Origin: Sporopachydermia quercuum
Taxonomy: Eukaryota
Assembly (NCBI GenBank): GCA_001599295.1
Contig: BCGN01000006.1
Span: forward strand, 434,001 to 498,000
DNA length: 64,000 bases
Direction: 5' to 3'
This document shows positions 55,190 through 64,000 of this stretch, one piece after another. Both the position numbers and the translations under genes were made by a program. The notes below the pieces were generated by a model that saw only the letters and a list, made by a program, of their open reading frames with translations, was not told where the DNA came from and did not search any database. The first letter of the stretch is position 1. Each line of letters opens with the position of its first letter.

Positions 55190-57987
55190 GGTGACGGTAG
55201 AAACTGAATCAATAATGAACAATTGAATTTCAATTACATATACTGATAAGATGGTAACATATGAATACAACTATTGGGATAGTGTGCAAAATGATGCCTA
55301 GTAATTGAATAAGGATCACGTCCCTAATAGTACGTTGAACAGAGCCTATTAGTAACTGTTGAATCGACTTCGATTGATGATGTGAACAACTCGTTGATGT
55401 AATTGTTCTAGTTGAACTTTAGATTACACAATGTAATCAAAATGTAATCACTAAAGCTATACAGATAACAAGCAGTAAAACAACTTCCTCACTGATCTTA
55501 CTGATGTTACGATAAAGCAAATCCAAATGCTAGTTCTCTTTGGTCATTCGAAAACCAGACATGTAAATCCTCGGGCAACTGAATGAAATCAATAGCAATA
55601 ACTAGGACTACTATACTGGATAACTTTCCTTCATGAAACCATAAGGAAGAAACAGTGTATCATGAGAGGAATAGTGTTTCAGCAATACTGTTAATACTAG
55701 TACTATTATTGACCCTACTATTGATCTTATTCTTATCGTTTTATTATTTTTCTTGCTATTTATACCCTGGCAGTATCAATAGACACCAACTAAAATGATA
55801 GCATGTATTATTAATGAAGATGGAGTTTTTCAGGATAACTTAGTATGGCTTATATGCTAGTTTGTTCTTGCTTGGACATCTGAATGGCACATACGAGCGG
55901 ATAGATCTAGATGTATGCCAAACCAGCAAGAACAAGGAGAACAATGTGAGAAAGTTAGAATTAGCAAGAATAAGACATGCGGTAAATAATTTATGGTAAA
56001 ATCTGTTTATTGATGATTATTATAATTAAATTAATATAGATTATTTTAGTATGATCAACAACCAGACCCTTTTGCCGGATGCTGAATAATACTGTCATCT
56101 TGGTCATCGGAACAACCGATCGGAACCTGCCGGATCACTATCTATGCTTGATAGTATAAGTAGGCTGTGTTTCCCGAGTTGTCAGCCCCATAAGGTAGTA
56201 GCTTTCACCTTTCTTATGAACATGAAGAAACGAACCGTTAGTTTATCCGAAAGTTTAATCAGAGTTTAGCCATTCCGAAAAAGTATAGATCACGCGGCTT
56301 CCCCCTAGTGAGTCTCTAATGTGGGGTTCCATTCCAAACCCGGATTAATTATGTTAGGGATCACTGTGTGGAATAAAGCCGAGAAAACCTGAATTGAGAC
56401 GTGAATTGGGGAATATGAGCAAATAAATGAACATATAAGAGACAGATAGTTATGATAGATTATGATGTTACTCAGATGGTTATTTACATGTTTGATTAGA
56501 CGATCTAATTACCAGACAAGTTAATGAATGGAGGAAAGCAAGCGCTGTGCTGTAGATAAATATGATAACTATGGTTCATCAAACGTGAATGAAATGGAAA
56601 AGAAGGCTTTGATTCTTTTTAAGGCTATTCAATCGTCTCATCATTCAATGAACATGTATATTGAAAGTACGGTAATCAAATTGTATAAAGGCAAACTAAT
56701 TCCCAACTAGCAGAGCACTTCAACATAATAAACTGACCCGTTTTCTCATCGTTTTCGACAAGTAAAAGTAATACAACCACCTATATATACTTGGGTGATA
56801 TGAAGGGCCATTTGATCCCCCACGAAAGTAACTAGCCGGATAACTGTAGAGTAAATGTGTGGGAATAATAGTCCCGATGAGATACTAGATTGAGACTCAA
56901 AGTGTGTAAAGAGTCTTTGTGGGAAAAACCCGGAAATAATGATACGAAGAGTTGAGGGACTGGTTGGTACCCCGATGGTCTATTTCGGGTCAATGTGGTC
57001 CCTTGAAGGTGAGATATCATATGAAATTGAAGAGATTGTATGCATTGAATGAAGAAGTAATCAATGATTAATCATTTCGGTTGAATAAAATCGAAAAAAA
57101 TACGGAAAACATAGGTTTANCTTAGTGACTCTACTTAACTACGTAATAGTGGCAGAGTTGGTTTCAGTATGCAAATCTGTTAAGATTGAAAGTAGTATAT
57201 AAATGTCGCATTGATTATAATGAGTGATGTAAGTGAGGTCCTACCTAACGATGGACCCCACATCAAGGGTCTGGATTGGTTTCATTAGGCCTTGAGTAAA
57301 GAATGAGGATCTAGGGAATCTAGTCCCTTACCCCAAATGCTCTCTCGAGAGTCTATTTGAAGCATTTCTTTTCAACCGTTTTTCTTTTAACGAGGTTTCC
57401 CTCACCATTGCTAATTTCATCATTATTTAAAACGTAATTCATCAGAGATTCTATAGTTTTATATTGTCTATATTTACAACATTGGATATTATCATATCAA
57501 GACAAAAATTTCAGCATAAGGTCAACGGCTCACTTTATTTATATGCAATTTACTCTTTCACTGATGCAACCTTTTCTCAAGTACAAAAGGCAATACCAGT
57601 GAGACTAGCAGAAGCCTGAGCCCACAATCTACTATGCGATAATACATTTAATGGTTACACCAATCATATAAATAAGGTAACCTTTGTTCACAATTAATCA
57701 TCAAGTTCTTGAATTCCACTTCTTTAGTTATAACTTCTCTTCTTCTCTCTATCAATAATTATCTATCAATTTATGCCTCATACTTTATATGTATTGTACT
57801 ACTCATTATTGATTATTTTCTCTCAGACCCTCTTCATTACTCATCCTCATCTCAACAAAAAAACAGACCCTCATATTAATACGCCTAGAGAATTAAAGTA
57901 TAAAATTTTCCATCCTTTCTCACTTTTATGCCGGGGTACCAAAGGAGGTTCTTTTTCTTTTATCCTTAGGAGGTTATGATTTAATTA

Positions 57988-57997
57988 TTATATATAA
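57988..57997 (+). promoter_or_regulatory. Putative TATA box of TKL1
   Basis: TTATATATAA about 160 nt upstream of the first in-frame ATG (58153). Confidence 0.45.
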
Positions 57998-58152
57998 TGG
58001 AAAAGGTTCACTTATTTTTAGTAGAATTCGAGTTTTTTCCCGTGAAATCAAACAAATAAAGAGATTTTCTTTTATTTTTGTTGATTGATTGTTTATTTGG
58101 TTAGACAACTATCTGCCTTGAACTATATTGTAGATAGGATAAATATCATCAT

Positions 58153-60846
58153 ATGAGAATTAGCCCAGGGATTGGTAATTCTGTTACAAGTAGATTAAGA
58201 AGATTTTATACAACAATGTCTTTCACTGAAGTTGATTTAAAGGCAGTGAATACCATTCGTCTTTTGGCTGTAAGTATTCAGATTTTAGTGAACTTAGACG
58301 AAGGAAATATGATGTTAATAGAGAGAAGACGACATAAAGAAAAATGTGGTTGCAATTGAGTGAGTCTATGGGGAAGCATGGCGAATGGAATGGCAAGAAC
58401 AAGAGCTGGAACAGGTAGGAAAACGGACGTTTTCAGTAGAAGAATAGAAGATTAGAAGAATAGACGAATTGGAGACAATCTGATGGTACAATAGTTGATA
58501 TTCTTAGTAGTTGTATTGGATTACCATCTTCAATCAATCAATCAATAGTTGTACATTAGAAGTTCACGCAATCGGATAGCATTATATTTATAATGTATGA
58601 ACTTGCGTGATCATTCATAGCTAGATTGACAACCATTTTATCATTTATGTTCATTTCAAATGTTAGTTTTCTTTCGTCTCCACTGTATAGATTATTGAAA
58701 GCCGCCTATTGCTACTGCTATGATATCACCAAGATCTAGCCATGACTTTCTACGATTGCCATGATTTTGTTACCTTTGATATTCATCACTATTTCCCTAA
58801 TGATAATTAATACTGATTGAACCAATTACTAACTGCTAAAACTTACAGGCTGATGCCACCGCTAAGGCTAATTCAGGTCATCCTGGTGCCCCCATGGGTC
58901 TAGCACCTGCTGCCCATGTGTTGTTTAACAACTACCTTAGGTTCAACCCAAAGAACCCTGAATGGTTAAACAGAGATAGATTTGTTCTTTCAAATGGTCA
59001 CGCTTGTATGCTCCATTACACGCTTCTCTATCTCTTTGGCTATCCATTATCTCTTGATGATCTTAAATCCTTCAGACAACTTCATTCCAAGACTCCAGGT
59101 CATCCTGAAGCTGAAACTCCTGGAATTGAAGTCACCACAGGTCCTTTAGGTCAAGGTATTTCCAATGCTGTTGGTTTAGCTATTGCTCAAGCTAACACTG
59201 CTGCTAGATATAATAAGCCTGGTTATGAATTAATCAACAATTACACCTATTCTATCTTTGGCGATGGTTGTATGATGGAAGGTGTTGCTTCTGAAGCATG
59301 CTCTTTGGCTGGTCATTTACAGTTAGGTAACTTGATTACTTTCTACGATGATAACCATATTTCCATTGATGGTGATACTAATGTTGCCTTTACTGAAGAT
59401 GTCACCAAGAGACTTGAATCCTATGGATGGCACGTTATTTGGATTAAAGATGCTGACACTGATTTAGGAGCTATAGCTGCAGCTATTGAAGAATCTCAAA
59501 AGGTTAAGGATAAGCCATCTTGTATCAGACTGACCACCACTATTGGATTTGGTTCTCTTTTACAAGGAACTCATTCTGTTCACGGAAATCCTTTAAAACC
59601 TGATGATATCAAGCAATTGAAGACCAAGTTTGGTTTCAACCCTGAGGAAAGTTTTGTTGTTCCTAAAGAAGTTTCTGACTTATATAGCAAGAAGATTAGT
59701 GCTGGTGCTCAATATGAAGCTGAATGGAACGACCTTTACGCACAATATCAAGGTGAATATCCTGAATTGGCTGCTGAATTATCAAGAAGAATTTCTGGTG
59801 TTTTACCTGATGGTTGGCAAAAGGCTTTACCTGTTTATACACCTAGTGATCCTGCCGTTGCATCAAGGAAGCTTTCTGAAATTGTTTTGGAAAAGATTTT
59901 TGATGAAGTTCCTGAGTTGATTGGGGGTTCTGCCGATTTAACTGGTTCTAACTTGACTAGAACTAAGAAAGCCATTGATTTCCAACCTCCTTCTACTGGA
60001 TTAGGTGAATACGCTGGAAGATATATTAGATATGGCGTTAGAGAACATGGTATGGGTGCTATTATGAATGGAATTGCTGCTTATGGCGTAAATTTTATTC
60101 CTTATGGTGGTACTTTCCTTAATTTTGTCTCTTACGCTGCTGGAGCAGTCAGACTTTCTTCATTATCCCAACATCATGTAATCTGGGTTGCTACCCATGA
60201 CTCCATTGGTTTAGGTGAAGATGGACCAACCCATCAACCTATTGAGACTCTTGCTCATTTCAGGGCTTTGCCCAACACAATGGTCTGGAGACCTGCCGAT
60301 GGTAATGAAACCTCAGCCGCTTATTTGAAGGCTATTGAAACAAAGCATACACCATCAATCCTTGCTTTGAGTAGACAAAACTTGCCTCAACTTGAAGGAT
60401 CATCTATTGAGAAAGCTGCTAAAGGTGGTTACATTTTGGTTGATGTTGAATCACCAGATGTGGTCATTGNTGCTACTGGATCTGAAGTTGCATTATCTGT
60501 AGATGCTGGTAAGAAATTAGCAGAAGAAGGTATTAAGGCTAGAATTGTTTCTTTACCAGATTGGTTCACTTTTGATAGGCAATCAGAAGAATATAAACTA
60601 AGCGTTATTCCTGATGGTGTTCCAGTATTGAGTGTTGAAGTTATGGCTACTAATGGATGGCAAAAATACTCTCACGAACAATTTGGTATCAATAGATTTG
60701 GTGCTTCCGGTCCTTATAAGGATGTGTATGAATTCTTTGAATTTACACCTGAAGGAATCGCCGATCGTGCTAAGAAGACTGTTGAGTTCTATAAGGGTGT
60801 TGAACTCAAGTCTCCATTGAAGAAGGCTTTCCATTCTATTACCTAG
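58153..60846 (+). CDS. TKL1: Transketolase, 2 exons, two candidate in-frame starts (58153 and 58216)
   Basis: Exon 1 runs to 58269 (MSFTEVDLKAVNTIRLLA). The 579-nt intron 58270-58848 is GTAAGT..TACTAAC..CAG. Exon 2 has ADATAKANSGHPGAPMG, RDRFVLSNGH, the ThDP motif GDGCMMEG...DDN and THDSIGLGEDGPTHQP. Confidence 0.96.
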
Positions 60847-60880
60847 AGATAAGTCAACGATTTTTTGATGGATGTTAGAA

Positions 60881-60948
60881 TTAGTTAGTTANTTAGTTAG
60901 TTAGTTAGTTAGCTAGTTAGTTAGTTCGTTAGTTTATTAGTTAGTTAA
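60881..60948 (+). repeat. Imperfect (TTAG)n tetranucleotide microsatellite in the TKL1 3' region
   Basis: About 16 TTAG-like units with a few interruptions. Confidence 0.9.
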
Positions 60949-62186
60949 TGTTGAGTAAGTTAAGATATACAGATAATATATTAATGTATGCTATATTAGA
61001 AGGTACGTTTGATATAGAATTCGACTTATTGTAGTTATTGATGTTGGTACCTGATATCTTGATTGTATGATTATAGATATGAATATGTATGAAGACGAAT
61101 ATGATAGTGACAAGATAAGATGTTGGATAAACTCAAGAAGGATGATCATTTGATATAACACAATTAAACGCTGGGAACCTACAGGTAACTTTTGTTTGAT
61201 GTTTATGGCATGACGACGATTACTCTTACATTGGATAACTCTTATTAACTGACTGATCCATCTTCTAATGGAATGCGCCTTATGGTACAAACAGGTATCT
61301 TATCTTTTATATAACTTATTCAAGTAATGGAGAAATTTATCTTAAATTGCTTTCAAAGCTCTCTAGACTTCAAATCAACAGCCAATCCAGTTAAACTTCC
61401 TGAGAGAATAAAAAGAATAAAAAGAAAAATGATTTGGATCCAATTGGTATTTTCATTGATGGATGTTTCGATCAAATTAATGAATGAAATTAACAGCATA
61501 CGCACATAACTATGAATAATCTTTATCACAAATAGAAGAGAGACAGAAAAGCCATCAATGAAGTTACTTCCGTGACAATACATTTCCACACCAATGTAAT
61601 TCTAGAGTCTAATATTTAATATACACATATGTGTTTTCATTCAATGTGTTATTGTTAGAAAGATGAAAAGTAAGATAATAATAATAGATTAACACCCTAC
61701 CAAGTTATCTTCGGGATAATGAATATAAATCATCATAATCTAATGCAACGTTATGAAGTTATAGTATGATTGATATTACATTCTATTACATTCTGTTACA
61801 CTGTTTTATCGCAATATATTCTACATTACTAAACTGGTACATTGGAGTTAGACAATAAGTTGAATCACTTGATAAACGTACAATTCAACTCAGTTTTCAA
61901 TAAATGGCAAGTGATGTAATACGAGTCAAATTGATATTTTTTTTCCCTTGCCATCAATCAATGTTCAGTTCCAGAATTCAATGGCAGACAAGTGGAAACT
62001 CTGGTATTACTTTATTGCTGCGGTTATTATATAGTGCGACAACAACTACTACTTTCAGTAAACACCAAGTTACTATAGACTAATTGTATACTAACCACAT
62101 CTTNTAAACTTCCACTGTATATCTAATTATATTATAGAAAATCTAACTTAGCATACGACAAACATAAGCGAAAACAACTTCGTCAT

Positions 62187-64000
62187 CTAATAAACTTCTA
62201 GTACATATCTTCCAGCTTCCTTCAACTCTTCAATCTCTCTAGCTGAATCAATCTTGTCTCCCTTACTTTCAGCATCCTTTTCAATAACCTCAGATAACAC
62301 TTGAGTAACATCAGGAACAGGCCAAGTAGGACCACATAAATAAAAGCCACCCTTCTTAGCAACAAAAGCATCAACCAACTCATTCATTGACTCTCTAATC
62401 TTATCTTGAATATAAACCTTGTGAGGTTGATCTCTTGAGAAAGCAGCACCAATATGAGTAATGATTCCCGCGTCTCTATAAGCTTCCCACAATTCACCAT
62501 ACAAATATTCTTCCTTTTGATGTCTTGAGCCTAAGAATAAGTAGATTTCACCAATTTCATGACCTTCGGATTTCTGTAAAGCTCGTTCTTCAACAAATGC
62601 TTTGAAAGGTGCTAAACCCGTACCTAAACCAGCCATAATAACAGGCTGGCTTGGTAATGGTGGTAACTTCATAACTGAAGGTTTAACACTGACAACTAAT
62701 TCACTACCAACAGAAAGTTCCGATAAGTATTTAGAGCAATGACCAAATCTCTTTCTACCTTTAGAATCAACCCAATCGACAACGACAATAAGTAAATGAA
62801 CTTCATTAGGATGAACCCTTTGAGAAGATGCAATAGAATATTCTCTTCTCTTTAAAGGAGCAATCAATTTAACCAAATCAGCTAAAGAGGGTCTCGCAGA
62901 GCTGAACTCTTCGAGAATATCAGCATAAGTACTACAATCGACTTCAGTTCTTTGCTTCAACTCTTCAGCGCCAGCTCCTGAGACCAGTTTTTCTAAATGT
63001 TCCTTCTCAGCAGCTTCTTTAGCAAATGGAGCCAATCCTTCATAGAATCTCTTTGGTGGCTTACCAAACAAATCAATGTTTTCTGAAAAGGCCTGTAAAA
63101 CAGTTCTGGTTTCTAAAACATCGGCATTGTCTCTGGCGGGAACATTAATCAGTTCATTCTCATCAAGACCATATAAAGCAAGGAAATCTTTGACCATAGC
63201 CAGGTCGTTCCTACCATGGATACCTAAAGCTTCACCAATGGCATATTTAAGGCCAGTACCAGAGATATCGAATTCGATTTGGAAGATATTTCTGTCGTAG
63301 TAAGCAGGAGTGACCCGTTTGTTTTCTTTCACTTTAACAATGAAATTTTCAACTGGTAAATCAGGTCTCAACGAGGATTGAACCCCATAGGCTTCTCTAA
63401 AAGTGAGTTTCTTGGCAACTTCATAAGCAGAGGAGCATTCGACAGGTTCAACCTCAGGAATGCGTTTTTCGTTAGCTTCAAAGGAAGAGGAGTAAGGGAA
63501 AGAGGGAAGATTAGGAACAAACTCAACCTCAGTCTCAGTTTCATCCTCCTCAGCCTCAATAGCCAAAGAGGCCCATTCCGGAACTACAGGCAACTCAACC
63601 AAGCCAGTATCAGTTACCTTATCAACCAAAGTAGACAAAATAACTGCCAAAACTTCAGTATCGTTACCATTAGCTGTAACAAGCTTAGGTAAGATCTTAT
63701 CTTCTAAACCAGGATAGGCAAGCTTCCAGAAGGCGATTTGTGTAGCCATATTCTCAGTACGGCCTTCAGTTTCAGGATGTTCACCAATGGCTTCGAAATC
63801 NAGAACAAATAACTTGATATTCTTCAGAGCCAAATCTCTACGGAGACTAGAAGGTAAAGTTTCCAAGTCAATGCTCTTGGAAACACCAGTGAGAAGCAAC
63901 AAAGAGTTAGGAGCAGCATGCTTAATGACATCGAAATGCTTCAAAATGTCAACAGATGATACTAGTGTGAAGTCAATAACTTCAGAAACTGATTGGAAAG
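62187..64000 (-). CDS. MET10: Sulfite reductase (NADPH) flavoprotein subunit Met10 (5' part lies outside the window)
   Basis: The frame is open to the window edge. Contains RVTPAYYDRNIFQIEFD, FAD-binding RREYSIASS, GLGTGLAPF, AFSRDQPHKVYIQ, YLCGPTWPVPD and the terminal GRYVLEVY. Confidence 0.93.
   Translation of the reverse strand, partial: FQSVSEVIDFTLVSSVDILKHFDVIKHAAPNSLLLLTGVSKSIDLETLPSSLRRDLALKNIKLFVXDFEAIGEHPETEGRTENMATQIAFWKLAYPGLEDKILPKLVTANGNDTEVLAVILSTLVDKVTDTGLVELPVVPEWASLAIEAEEDETETEVEFVPNLPSFPYSSSFEANEKRIPEVEPVECSSAYEVAKKLTFREAYGVQSSLRPDLPVENFIVKVKENKRVTPAYYDRNIFQIEFDISGTGLKYAIGEALGIHGRNDLAMVKDFLALYGLDENELINVPARDNADVLETRTVLQAFSENIDLFGKPPKRFYEGLAPFAKEAAEKEHLEKLVSGAGAEELKQRTEVDCSTYADILEEFSSARPSLADLVKLIAPLKRREYSIASSQRVHPNEVHLLIVVVDWVDSKGRKRFGHCSKYLSELSVGSELVVSVKPSVMKLPPLPSQPVIMAGLGTGLAPFKAFVEERALQKSEGHEIGEIYLFLGSRHQKEEYLYGELWEAYRDAGIITHIGAAFSRDQPHKVYIQDKIRESMNELVDAFVAKKGGFYLCGPTWPVPDVTQVLSEVIEKDAESKGDKIDSAREIEELKEAGRYVLEVY

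Noticed and set aside
60826..60852. Peroxisomal targeting of transketolase through the C-terminal extension or stop readthrough
   Set aside because: The C-terminus is HSIT, not a PTS1. Readthrough of the TAG adds only one more codon (AGA) before TAA.
60881..60948. (TTAG)n as an interstitial telomeric repeat or branch-point array
   Set aside because: There are no TTAGGG-type units and no associated splice sites. An ordinary 3'-UTR microsatellite explains it.
821..63692. The many 60-150 aa ORF-track entries antisense to or frame-shifted within real genes (e.g. 821-1135, 15531-15884, 25127-25582, 41556-41981, 63378-63692)
   Set aside because: They are shadow ORFs of well-supported genes, mostly with non-ATG starts and no recognisable domains.
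7068..63801. About 20 isolated 'n' bases, including within CDSs and in the RPL43 intron 2 branch point (44566)
   Set aside because: All are single-base and frame-preserving, consistent with heterozygous or ambiguous assembly calls. None falls in the eL43 ligand codons.
1..64000. tRNA/rRNA genes, CRISPR arrays, intact LTR retrotransposons, horizontally acquired bacterial genes
   Set aside because: I saw no cloverleaf or T-loop contexts, repeat-spacer arrays, TG...CA LTR pairs or RT/integrase ORFs by eye. All recognised genes look natively fungal.

Overview
This is eukaryotic nuclear DNA from an AT-rich, intron-containing budding yeast (Saccharomycotina). CTG encodes Leu at conserved positions (ELW in the PAK kinase, NLK in Drs2), so it is not a CTG-Ser clade species. 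The gene content (pinin, CSN3, Swi6 with an intact APSES domain, many short GTAAGT/GTATGT...CTAAC...YAG introns) suggests an early-diverging lineage such as Dipodascaceae/Trichomonascaceae; that placement is inference. Scattered single 'n' bases look like heterozygous or ambiguous sites. Genes in order: CLA4-like kinase (5' truncated), GVP36 (4 exons), TPO2/3, an epsin-like ENTH-UIM protein, a HOL1-family MFS transporter, CAF120/SKG3, SWI6/CDC10, VTA1, SUI2, a small orphan ORF, TWF1 (5 exons), LTE1, pinin, MAK16, RPL43 (3 exons, absent from the ORF track), DRS2, PRO2, CSN3, TKL1 and MET10 (5' truncated). I reconstructed 13 spliceosomal introns by hand. The top finding is that the spliced eL43/RPL43 gene is intact, yet all four zinc-ligand cysteines are replaced (S39, T42, D57, S60), making it a zinc-free 'C-minus' eukaryotic ribosomal protein. 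The second is that transketolase has an upstream in-frame weak-context ATG adding a mitochondrial-presequence-like extension. No tRNA, rRNA or CRISPR features were seen.
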